DNA of 63,802 nucleotides, filler included, from Reticulomyxa filosa (taxonomy: Eukaryota; Protista; Foraminifera): the NCBI GenBank assembly GCA_000512085.1. It is 22 parts of 22 records of this genome, joined end to end, with 100 filler letters (N's around TTAATTAATTAA, not from the genome) between each part and the next. Parts side by side here need not be neighbours in the genome. Positions count along the whole stretch, not along the records: positions 1 to 4,315 come from ASPP01005900.1; positions 4,416 to 10,535 come from ASPP01022143.1; positions 10,636 to 16,727 come from ASPP01006644.1; 19 more parts are not named here. One strand, 5' to 3'. This document shows positions 1-11,613 of the stretch, in pieces. Within the stretch, counting starts at the first letter, position 1. Every line of letters starts with the position of its first letter. The position numbers and the translations under genes were made by a program. The notes under the pieces are model-generated. The model ran no database searches. It saw only the letters and a program-made list of their open reading frames with translations, and was not told the DNA's origin.

Positions 1-118
1 ATCATTGTTATTATCATTGTCATTATCATTGTCATTATCATTGTCATTATCATTGTTATTACTATTGCCATTGTCTTTGTCATTGTTGTTATTATCATTG
101 TCACCATTTGCGTTGTTA
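1..118. repeat. Degenerate (ATCATT/GTCATT)n hexamer repeat, coding (Asn-Asp)n on the minus strand
   Basis: Directly visible and in frame with exon 3 of the minus-strand gene. Confidence 0.85.
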
Positions 119-825
119 TGGCCCAAATTGTTTTTAATGCTGTCCTTGTAACCTTTGGCATTACTTGTTGTATGACTGCAATAAGGTATAAAACATCTGT
201 AGGGCTTGAAAAATGAACTTGGATCTCTTTGGAAAAATACCATTCGTGGATTGCTACTGAACTCAATATTTGTAAACGGTTTGAAGTACTTTTTCAAAAT
301 TTCCACTGCGTTGTTTTCATTTGCATCATTTCTTTTATTTTCCTTGCTCGTACCGCTTTTATTAACATTGCCATGCTTTGTACTATCATGTTGATCGATT
401 AAGCCGATTTGGGCACGTTCAATCAATCGCAATACCTTTTCGCAAGCACGTTTCTCTTGATTGAAAAATATATATGCCATACTCGCATAAGTGCATCGCT
501 GGGGTTTCCATTGCCAATACGACTCTCTCACTTCAAACTGACTGCCTAACTGATGCTTTTTCTTTAGCTGTTTCATCAGCCATATCTCCACTGTTTTTTT
601 ACTCAGCAATGGATTTATATTCACCAATCGATAGCTCAACGAGCACTTTCAATTTTCATTGTTTTGTTTATTATATATGTATACATATACAAACATACAT
701 TTATATATATATATTCATATATGTATATATATGCATATATATACATATATGTATATTATATTCATGATTTTGTTTTGTATACTTCTTCTCTACTTCATTC
801 TACATATATATGTACACATTTATAT

Positions 826-862
<37 letters not shown>

Positions 863-1430
863 TTATGTCGTGTATTCTTGTTTATAGTACGTGAATATAT
901 TTGCCTCTCACTCTCGCCTTTTTTCTTTCTAATAGCCCAATCCTTCTTACTTTAAAAAATTTGATTTGCACCCGACGGTTGAAAAAATAACATTGCGAAA
1001 TTCGATGTGCAACTGCTGTTCCCACATCCTCCATTTCACTTTGGTGATACTTTGATGATGCTTTTATCTTCATTTCCACCGTGCAAACGCGAATGTATCC
1101 AGGAACGTAGACGTCCACTACGTCTATGTTATATCGTTTTATTATCATTATTATTATCTTTTTTCTCTTGCTTCCCCTCTTGTCTCATTCTTGTTGCTTA
1201 CCGAAATGTAAATTTGATTGAAATAGCCCCCAAAAATAAGATATAAGATATAAATGCTGTTCTTGGGCAGTCATAGATGAAGCATGTGTTAAATTTGTCC
1301 ATTTCATTAACAACACCCCTTCAAACGCCTTGTCAAAATGATCACTTGTTAAATGATTTTCTTCACACATGTTTCTTAACACTGTTTCAAAATGCTGTCC
1401 CAACATCTCTTGCTCTTTGACTAAATTCAT
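1..1430 (-). CDS. Three-exon hypothetical protein ending in an Asn/Asp tract, 3'-truncated by the window edge
   Basis: Exons 1430-1202, 1123-951 and 645-1 splice in frame through GTAAG...CATAG and GTAAG...GAAAG introns. Read-through: MNLVKEQ...[15 protein letters not shown]...[16 protein letters not shown]...NDNDND. The last exon has no stop in 645 nt. Confidence 0.7.
674..864. repeat. Intronic (TA)n / TATACA microsatellite
   Basis: Visible run inside the inferred intron 646-950. It explains the spurious YIYI ORFs here. Confidence 0.9.
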
Positions 1431-2452
1431 GATTATATGTTATTGATTGGAAGAGTATGAAAGCTCTTTTTTCATTATTGAAAACTGGAAAAAAAAACTA
1501 ACGAATGACGTACAAAACAGATGGATACTTTGTCCTTACGGAATGCTAACAGAAACAATATGCTATAACATTGTGGAGGATGTTGTGAGCGTGTACTGAG
1601 GATTTAACGACGAATGCTAAGTTTATTTAGATTTGGAATTGGCAGGCTCATCAAAGTAGCCTCAGTTGCATTAGCATAGGCCATATAAATTTTTGTTTTA
1701 AAAATGAAGGTGGTGGGTTGATGTACTGGGATTTACATTGGCTTACGAATTGGGTGCGAAGGTCTTTTGACAATACAAGAATGTTTCAAAAAAGAGCTCA
1801 GCGGTGGCTGCAATTATTGCAGAGTCAGTAATTTGTATTTAGAGAAAAAGAGTGGAATAAGAGAAGTTTCCCAAAAAACTGGTTTCAATCCGCAAAAACA
1901 TGCAGCTATTGTCCAACAAGACATGGATCAGTTCGATTGCCAAAAACGGGAGAAGGCAATAAAAAAGCATGCCAAAAGCCACACTGCAAAAAAAGTGAAG
2001 CCGAAGCGATTCAACTTTTGACAAGCAAGATTTTTATTTTTTTTTTGGAATAAAGTCGCAAGGATTGTATCAAACTTTTTAGAAAGTACAAATCTCGTAA
2101 TTTCAAGAAAAAAACACAAATTGTATGCAATTCACAAAATCAAAAGTGTTCCTCACCGAAAACACTTTTCAACAAATTAAGGATGACTCACAAAACAAAC
2201 CTACACAAACGACAACTTTTTGACACAAAAAAGCATCAATGGAGCCATATTCAGGTTTATGCATTGTCTAGAAAGAAAGGAGAGGAATGCAAAAAAAAAA
2301 AAAAAAAAAAAAAAAAAGGGACTGTGTGGAGTAATATTTGGTCCATAGAGCACACAGACATTTATTTTGTAGAGCAACAACGAGGAGGAAGAAAAAGAGA
2401 CAAAATATAACACACAAGCAAACAAATAATAATAACAATGAAAAGAACAATA

Positions 2453-3543
2453 TCAAACAGTAGGAGCTTCGATAGAGCTAATAGCAATGGATTGAACAGT
2501 GTTTTGGTGATGTAAAGTGGGTGCATCAAGTCCGAGTGCGAAAATTTCATTATATAATTGTCTTCCATTTATTATATAGCAACACCTGGAGCAGGGTTTG
2601 CAACAGAGATAATACATATTGTTTCCAAACTTAAAGATGCAATAAATGCAGACGCTATGTATGACGCAATCTAAAGGCAAGAAATAAGATAGGTCGTACC
2701 AAATCAGTCCTCCAACAATCATAAAGATCCAAACGCTCGAAGTCGTCACAAATGCCAGCACCGTTGCCCTATTCGAGGCTGTATACAAATAAAGCCCTTT
2801 CGCAGACGACGATCGATCCTTCAACATTGGTCCAATCACCTTTGTCCAAACACCACAAACACGTATATGTACGTATATATTTGTATATATTTGTATAGGT
2901 GTATATGTACACGTATACGCATAATCGATACAGTGCACATTAAATTTTTCACCTTTCGCATTCTTTGAAGGAACAACATCAAAAGAAGGGTAGTATTGAA
3001 AATGTCGAAAAAAGGTATTAATGCGATTATTATCACGGTGGTACTGGTATACGTCGCGGTGCACAAATGAATATGATGCGTCTTGGTCTCAACCACTTTT
3101 ATGCTGATACTTGACAAAAACGATACGGCGAGTATAGTAAATCCTATGATAACTGCAGATTGGTAGAACCTTATCCATTTCGCCTTTAGTGAATATACGC
3201 TATCTTGGAACACTTTTTCTAGACGAAGGCTCAATAGTATGTATAACGTCGCCTTTGACAATCCATAGGTCTCCATATAAAATGCAAAGCTAAGATAACA
3301 ACTTCCCATTATCTTTGGATCGAATTCTATTGGAAATATCAAATTTGTTCGCCATGCCCATGCATTCATACATACAAGGCATCCACTTCCGATCGAAATT
3401 ATTGACGTTACGTGCATCACAGGAGATATGTCGGTGACAGTGACATTCCAGGCACGGAAGAAACGAAAGAGCAGATACAAGTGTACTACCGTTCCGACAA
3501 ATCCCGAAATTACTAATCCAAAGATCGGCCAATCTCGCTCCAT
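2453..3543 (-). CDS. Seven-transmembrane GPCR-like receptor, 2 exons
   Basis: Exon 1 3543-2953 (MERDWPIFGLV...QRMRK) and exon 2 2839-2453 (VIGPML...EAPTV*), intron GT...AAG 2952-2840. About seven hydrophobic segments, an LRL motif at the end of TM3, extracellular Cys residues and a Cys cluster after TM7 (YYLCCKPCSRCC). Confidence 0.75.
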
Positions 3544-4291
3544 TTCCAACAATAGTTTTTTTATTCATAAAAACGTGAACTTGTCCGTTTTCCGTTGAGT
3601 TTAAACACGTCACTTTTCAGCAGTGAAGCTATTTGCTTGCAATAGAATATTAGGTATGCTGAACAAAGTTAGGATTATAACATATGTTATTACATCTTAA
3701 AGAAATGAAACATTTTTCTTGATCAGTGGCATGACACGAATTTTATTCTGGAAACTTAGTGATTCATAAAAACGGTTTCCGCTATTTAAATGTTCACTTA
3801 AACAAAAGGTATTACTAGAAAGAAGATTAAAACAGTACATTCAGCATTTATTTGCAATTTTAAATAATATTTGAAAGTTTTTCACGTAGTCAATCATTTC
3901 AAATTGTATAAACGTGTGTGACACTCACATAAAAGCATCACAAAGCTAACTCAAACACAAGACAAAATACCTAAAACACACAAAAAACAAAAAAAGGCTA
4001 ATATAAAAAGGGAGCAATAAAAGCATGATGTTTTACAAGATGATGCAAGTTGCAAATAGACTTTTGTTGTAAACAAAAGCCATTGGTAAAGAAGGTAAGT
4101 CATTTATTGACAGTTAAATTGTAAACAGTGACTGTTGAATGGAAGGACTGTTGGCTGCACGATATACAATGCTGTCGAGAATTTTAACAAAAGACGTGCT
4201 GTTGAGCTGTTGAATCATTACTGGAGTTTGGTCAAAGTTGCAAAACAATTTTATGTAAATTATGAATGTGTTGGAACCGAAAGGGTTTGAA

Positions 4292-4315
4292 TTCCGGGTT
4301 TTTAAAAACCCGGAA
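4292..4315. repeat. Perfect 24-bp palindrome at contig end
   Basis: TTCCGGGTTTTT AAAAACCCGGAA; each half is the reverse complement of the other. Confidence 0.9.
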
Positions 4316-4415
4316 NNNNNNNNNNNNNNNNNNNNNNNNNNNNNNNNNNNNNNNNNNNNTTAATTAATTAANNNNNNNNNNNNNNNNNNNNNNNNNNNNN
4401 NNNNNNNNNNNNNNN
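4316..4415. other. Artificial contig spacer (44 N + TTAATTAATTAA + 44 N), first of 21
   Basis: Identical 100-bp spacers start at 4316, 10536, 16728, 19220, 21332, 23693, 26793, 29751, 32035, 37176, 38701, 41886, 43533, 44783, 48860, 52213, 55820, 57588, 60146, 61579 and 62703. The 12-mer gives stops in all six frames. Confidence 0.99.
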
Positions 4416-4417
4416 AT

Positions 4418-7400
4418 GATATTATTTGTGAATGGATTGACGATAAAGGAATACAAAAAATTGCAGATCGTTACGGATCACATTCAGATATTGGAATATT
4501 TATGCCACCACAATTATCTAAAAAAAGCGAAATCGAAATTAATAATGATATATCGTTAAAAATAGCACAATTTGTATATGAACAACTTTGTGAATTTGCT
4601 CCAGAGAAAGTAAAAGGAAAAGCTATTTATGTGATTTTATATGAGTACTATAAAAAATATATTATTGGAGATAAGAGTCCAGCAAGTTGTGCTGATTTTG
4701 CATTATTATTACAAGAAACAAGAAAACAAGAAATGCATGAAGATATTATTATATCACAAGCACTTGAAACATATATTCCATTGCAAGCTAATACTTATCC
4801 ACACATGGATGATAATGACAATCAAAAACAAGAAACATATGACTGTCATGAATATGTAATACAATTTTTGAAAGAAGAAAAAAGACGAACAACAACAACA
4901 ACAAAGAAAAGTAATGGTAATTCAAGGAAAATCAGGATCAGGAAAAAGTATATTTTGTCGACATTTAGAAGAGACATTATGGAGTGATTATAAATCTGAT
5001 TCAAGACAACCTATTCCTATTTACATTTCATTACCAAAAATTTATAATAAACAAAATGAAAAAGATATTATGTTTCAAGCATTACAAGGTAAAAATGTGA
5101 ATAAAGAAATTATTAACGTAATTCGTGAAAAAGTATCATTTGTATTTATTATTGATGGGTTTGATGAAATATATGATTTTTATCGTAAAAATGAAGATGA
5201 ACAATATTTTTATGATCGTTTTAATTTAAATCAATGGAATGCAAGTATTATTATAACTTGTCGAAGTAATGTATTACGTGATGACGATATCAAAACTACA
5301 TTATTTGGTATGAATTCAAATAATACATCGATGATATATTTATGGCCATTTACAAAACAGCAAATGCATAGCTATATTGAAAAATTTGCAAAAATGAATA
5401 ACAAAAACAATAATGATAATAATAATTGGACATCACGACAATACGAAGAAACATTACGTAATTATTCGAGTCTGCAAAAAATAATAGAAGAGCCATTCCT
5501 TCTTCAACTGATCTTAACTATATTACCATCATTAGTAAAACAATATGGTGTAGGCAGCAATATCTCAAAAGCACAACTTTATGAAGTGTTCAATGATCAA
5601 TGGATAGATATTCATAGTCAAAATATTATTTCTAAATTGGCAGAGCTACGCATTCAAATGAATATTGACAAGATCAAATCTGCATTTAAGCAATATTGCC
5701 AAGATTTGGGATTTGAAATGTTTATGCAGGGGAATCAAGTTGCTATTGAATCAGATTTTCTATCAAAAAATAATGACATTGTAAGTGCATCAGATCCAAT
5801 GAATGACAGCATAGAAACAAAAATGGATGAAGCAGATTCTTTAAGTATTTGGAAAAAATACTTTAAGGGTGATAGCAAAGGTAAAAACACATCAAAGAAG
5901 AATGAAAATAATATCTTTCAAAATGTAAATGAAAACAAGGAAACAAAAACTGATGAATATGACGATTCGATAATTAAAAAAGATGCTTGGGAAGAATATT
6001 TTAATGGAGACAGTATATCAAAATATGTATTGAGAAGAACTGGATACAACAAATATCAATTCTTGCATAAATCATGTCAAGAATATTATGCAGCACAAAA
6101 AATTGTAATTGATATTATTTCATGGAAACCAAATACTAATTCAAACTTTGCTTTCAATAATCAAGATTTCCAACAACAATTTGAAACATATGTGCCACAT
6201 TTACTTATTAATTCCAAGCTTTTAAATGAAGAATTAGGAATTATTCAATTTATTGCCGAAAGAATTTATGACATTAATCCAATATTTACAAATTTAAAAG
6301 CAAGATTATTCCGAATCATTGAAGCATCTAAAACAAAGGATAATGTTAATATTGCAGCAGCAAATGCAATTACTATACTCAATTCAGCAAATATCAATTT
6401 GCATTACAAAGATTGGAGTAACATCAAAATTCCTCATGCAATTCTGAATAATGCTTTTCTTGAAGGCACTAACTTCAAAAATGCAAATTTGGATTATGTC
6501 AATTTGTATCAAGCTTTCTTGAACAAGGCTAATTTCACAAATGCATCAATGAATAATATTTACTTTGGCGAACACGCTTATTTGCAAGGACATTCCGACG
6601 GTATAATTGCGGTCCAATTATCTCCAGATAATTCAAAAATTGTGTCATGTTCACGAGACTCAACAATTCGAGTATGGGATTTATCTTCTGGAAAACAAAT
6701 TCAATTGTTAAAAGGACATAATGCCGAGGTAGCCGAAGCTCAATTTTTGCCAGGTGGATCCAAACTTGTTTCTGCTTCGTGGGATAAAACAATTCGTATA
6801 TGGGATCTCATGTCAGGGCAACAAATTCAATTATTGGAAGGACATGAACGTGGTTTAAATGGAGTGCAAATTTCAGCAGATGGCTCTAAACTTTTGTCAT
6901 ATTCAACTGATAGAACAGTTCGATTATGGGATATATCATCTGGAAAACAGCTTCAAATATTTAGTGGACACTCCAGTGGAATACGTAAAGCTCAATTTGT
7001 ATCGGATGGTTTAAAAATCATATCATGTTCATCTGATGGCACAATACGGATATGGGATGCGTTGTCAGGACAGCAAATTCAATTACTGAAAGGCCATTCT
7101 GGATCTGTAAATGGAATTCAATTATCACCAAATAATTCTAAAATTGTATCCTGTTCAGATGATAAAACGATTCGAATATGGGATTACTCTTCTGGCAGAC
7201 AAATTCAAACTTTGGATGGACATACAAGATATGTAAATGCTGCAGCATTCTCGTCAGACGGTTCAAAAATTGTTTCGTGCTCAGATGATATGACGATTCG
7301 GATATGGGATATTGCAACTGGGAATCAACTTCAATTATTAGAAGGACATTCAAATAATGTATGTGGAGTGCAATTTTTTTCAAATGACTCAAAAATTTTG

Positions 7401-8597
7401 TCATGTTCGGAAGATAATACAGTTCGAATATGGGATATATCGTCAGTACGAAAAAACCAATTCGCTGAAGGACATTCTAGTAGCGTAAATGATATTTATT
7501 TTTCATCTGATGGCTCCAAAATAATATCATGCTCAGATGATAAAACAATTCGATTGTGGGATATATCTTCAGGAAGGCAAATTCAAATATTTGAAGGACA
7601 TTCAAATAATATATATAAGGCACAATTTTTACCTGATGACTCCAAAGTTATATCGTGCTCATCAGATCAAACAGTTCGAATATGGTGTGTATCATCCGGA
7701 AAACAACTCCAATCATTTTCTTTAAATAATGTATGGGCAGCACAATTTTCATCTGATAGTTCCAAAATGTTATCACTTTCTTGGCGTAGGAATATTGAAG
7801 TATTTGATGCACTATCAGGAAAACAAATGCAATTATTGGAAGGGCATTCAGATGGTATACACAAAGCGCAATTTTCATCAGATGGTTCAAAAGTTATATC
7901 TTGCTCTCACGATAAAACCGTTCGATTATGGGATGTGTTATCTGGAAAACAACTTCAATTATTTGAAGGACATAAAGAGACTGTCAATTGTATTCAATTT
8001 TCACTGGATGAATCTAAAATCTTATCTGGTGCATTTGACAAAACTATTCGGTTATGGGATGTATTGTCTGGAAAACAGCTTTTATTATTGGAAGGACATT
8101 CTGGTGGTATCAATGATATACAATTTTCACCAGATAGCTCCAGGATTGTATCTTGCTCATCTGACAAAACTATTCGATTGTGGGATGCATATTCTGGAAA
8201 ACAACTCCAAATATTCAAAGGCCATGCAAATATTGTATTGAGAGCACAGTTTCTACCAGACGGCTTTAAAGTTATCTCATATTCGTCGGACAAGACTATC
8301 CGAATATGGGATGTATCTTCAGGACAACAAATTCAATTATTGGAAGGACATAACGATAGCATAAACAAAATACGATTATCGCCAGATGGCTCCAAAATTG
8401 TGTCATGTTCAAAGGATAGAACAATTCGGTTATGGGGCAAAGTGATTGATGCACCTGAAACTAATTCAATGAAATGTATTTGGCGTGTGGGTATTCCAAG
8501 TTATGGCATACAAATGAAGGATAGTATTTGGAAGGACGCAAATGGTTTGAATCCTCAGCAAAAATTACTTGTAGAACAGCGTGGTGGAGTATTTTGA
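4418..8597 (+). CDS. NLR-like STAND protein: N-terminal domain + NACHT + pentapeptide repeats + ~15 WD40 repeats; 5'-truncated, one apparent frameshift
   Basis: Walker A GKSGSGKS, Walker B FVFIIDGFDE, sensor IIITCR, PFLL, winged-helix YQFLHKSCQEYYAA, pentapeptides ANLDYVNLYQAFLNKANFTNA, then GH...WD repeats. The upstream frame is open from 4418 and joins the 4914 ORF if one A is removed from A6 at 4878-4883. Confidence 0.92.
6588..8438 (+). repeat. Tandem array of ~15 WD40 units of about 126 nt
   Basis: Repeating GHxxxVxxxQFSxDGSKIxSCSxDxTIRxWDxxSGxQxQLLE. Unit 10 is degenerate (SLNNVWAAQF...VFD). Confidence 0.95.
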
Positions 8598-8829
8598 ATT
8601 ACTTTGGGTTGCTTGTTTATTATTTTGTGCATACGACTTTTTTCCCAATTAAAAGAATTGAAATTTTATTTTCAAGTAAAATTCAATCAAAATTTTCTTC
8701 TTATTTGTTTATTCATTCTCTTGTTTTAATATCTCATGTTTTTGCGCACCTGTTTGTTATAAAAAAAAAACTTTCAAGCAAAAAAAAAAAAAAACTCTTG
8801 TTATCTTGATACAGATTTGAGTAAGTGAA

Positions 8830-10535
8830 ATGAAAGAAAAAGCTACAAACACGAGACTTGAAAGTCCCTTTCAAACATTGGACCATTTGCCAACCTCACT
8901 TTTACGTACTTAATGTGTAGTACATAACTATGAAATACTTATTTGTGGGGGTGATGGAGACAATGCATGTTACTCTTATCATACAATTAAAAATCAGTAT
9001 AAATACATTTGCTCCTATCCAGAGCACGTTAAACTATGGGGACATTGTGTAATAAAGTTTGTGAATAATAATAAAGATAATAACGAAAATGAAATTACTT
9101 TGCTTTCTTTTGATGGATCAAGAAAACAGACTTTGATTATGAAATATATAAGCGTATGGAGCAATGATAATGACAATGAAAATACAAAAAGAAATTGTAA
9201 TGCATGGGTTCCATTGGTTGACAGTAATAATAATAATATAATCACAATTAAAAGGACTAATCACATTTATATTGGAGTGCGTGCAATTATTGGTGGTAGT
9301 AATAACCATTTATTATTTATCACATATTTTCGAAAGAATATTGATGTATTTAATGTAAAGACATTGAAATATATTAAATATGACATTTTACCGATTGATT
9401 ATGACCTAAATTCTCATTGCTTTGTATCAAAAAATAATGCAAATAAAAAAAAGAATGAAATGATGATATTTTCTGAAAATATAGGATTACATATTAAATA
9501 TGACGAAGACAATAACTCTTTCCACTTTTATAAAATACGAGTTTGCACGTCTCTTAGAATTCTCTCTTCTTATGCATATGCTTGCATTGGTGACTTTATA
9601 TTGTTTTTTGGTGGTTATGGAGGCATTATGATAGGAAACGTAACAACGGTTCATAAATATTCAATGACTGAAAATAAATGGATGAGATATAAGCAATATT
9701 TGCCAATTTCATTGAGATTCCCTACTGTCGTATTAACTAACGATAATACATCTTTGCACATTTTTGGAGTGTTTGCTGAAAAGGCAAAGCATTTCGAAAC
9801 AAAAGTAAATGAATGGATGAAAAAAGAACAAGAGTGGGATGGCAAAAGGTAAAGATGAAGTTCGAAGTTGAAGAAATTAGCATTGAATTAGAAGAAATGA
9901 AGCCCGAGTCAGATATTAAAAAATTGAAAGTTGAGAATATGAATTGAAATACGCTTTTTGCAAAAAGGAACATTGCAACACAACAAAAAAAAAAAAGAAA
10001 AAAAAAGATATCGAAACGATAATTGATCATTGGATATATTTATCCTCAATTAATAAAATTGGATGGATTGATGATTTTAATGTTATTATTTTACGATATA
10101 CTTTGGTATGTATTTTTTTTTTAATTTTTTTTTTTTGTCCACGTGTATAATACAAAAAAATAAATAAATAGGTAAAGTACTTCAAATCATTGAAAGTGTT
10201 TCAAGGACATTCCAAGCGTGTAAACAGTGTGAAATTTTCACCTGATGGTACCAAAATTGTTTCGTCTTCAGATGATGAGACAATTAAAATATGGGATGTA
10301 GAGTCAGGAAATGTTATTCAAGAACTGAAAGGACATCTTGATTATGTAAAAGATGCACAATTTTCATTAGATGCAAGTATGATTGTGTCATGTTCCAAGG
10401 ACAAAACTATTCGATTGTGGGATATGAAATCATGTACGGAAATAAAAAAGCTGGAGGAGAATATGTATTGCTCGAGAGTACAGTTTTCATCGATGGAACA
10501 ATAATTGTAGCTGGCTCATATGATAATACAATAAA
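8830..10535 (+). pseudogene. Kelch-like propeller + 'GWIDDF' module + WD40 gene, disrupted
   Basis: ATG 8830 (MKEKATNTRLESPFQTLDHLP), in-frame TAA 8911-8913, then ILICGG, RAIIGG and ILFFGG kelch-like blades. Frameshift near 9840, IETIIDHW...GWIDDFNVIILRY, intron 10106-10171, then WD40 repeats GHSKRVNSVKFSPDG with another frameshift near 10490. Confidence 0.8.
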
Positions 10536-10710
10536 NNNNNNNNNNNNNNNNNNNNNNNNNNNNNNNNNNNNNNNNNNNNTTAATTAATTAANNNNNNNNN
10601 NNNNNNNNNNNNNNNNNNNNNNNNNNNNNNNNNNNACTTTTTTTTTTTTGTCCCCCCCCCCCCTTATTTTTCAAAGTTCACCAAAAGATCCAAAAAAAAA
10701 AAAAACATAA

Positions 10711-11251
10711 CTTCTCTGAAGACAATATAAAAAGGACACTCGCAAGCACCCAAAAGCTTGATGATTTCTTTATGTTTCAAGTCGTCAACTCTCGTTCCAT
10801 TGACTTCGTACATACGAGATGCTATTTTCATTCCCATTTTGGTGTTGTTGGGATCTTGAATGGATGACACAACTGCATTTTTTCCTCTTGTGTCCATTAT
10901 TACACTAAATCCTAGTGGACGCTCGTTGAATGTTATTTCATATAATTTCTAATTCACAATGGCATACAGAACAAAATTACTTTCTTTTTTTTTCTTCCCT
11001 TCCTATCCCTCTTTTTTTTAATAGTAAAACACGAAACCTCCTCTTTGTAATAGTGTTGGTACGCTTCAATGATTTTTGGTTCATCGATCCCTTTTTTTTT
11101 TAAAAAATTGAATGATTTTTCGTTTCGCCACCCGCTTATTCTCCGCCTTTCGAATCAACGCCAAAACCTTGATGACACCTATGCCGCCAGTGTCATTTTC
11201 CGAAAATTCTCCACCTTTTTGTGAAGCAACTTTCGTATTATCGTTGCTCAT
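10711..11251 (-). CDS. PDZ-domain protein, multi-exon, 3'-truncated
   Basis: Spliced ...DEPKIIEAYQHYYKEE/KLYEITFNERPLGFSVIMDTRGKNAVVSSIQ...MKIASRMYEVNGTRVDDLKHKEIIKLLGACECPFYIVFRE has the PDZ pattern (PLGF loop, EVNG, HxE helix). Candidate ATG at 11251; first exon junction uncertain. Confidence 0.75.
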
Positions 11252-11613
11252 CCTCTATAGCTATTTTTTCCCCTTCACGCTCGTTTGGGGAGCCAAAAAT
11301 ATTTTTGTTTTTTTTTAAAGGAAAGTCTACATTTTTTTCCAATCATCATATATTTGGTTCAATTTGACTTCAAAATATTGATACGTCTACAATGTTTAAG
11401 AATTGGATTAGCCTTTGTTTAAAACAAAGAATTTAACTATTGAAAACAGAAAAGACAGTGTAAATTATTCAAAAAATTAATTAGTTCTTTTTTATTGACT
11501 TTTGTTCCAAACTTGTATATCAACTTTAAAAGGAATTCAACAGAGATATATCTGATTTTTTCTACTTTAAAAATAAAATCTCAGATGTTTGAAAGTCCAT
11601 TTATTTATATCAA

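Noticed and set aside
474-955. YIYI/IYIY-rich ORFs here and near 17350, 21060 and 50350-50700
   Set aside because: Translations of intronic TA microsatellites.
1500-2021. Small ORF 1767-2021 and adjacent coding-like sequence
   Set aside because: No ATG start and no recognisable motif, with stops in neighbouring frames; at most an unidentifiable relic.
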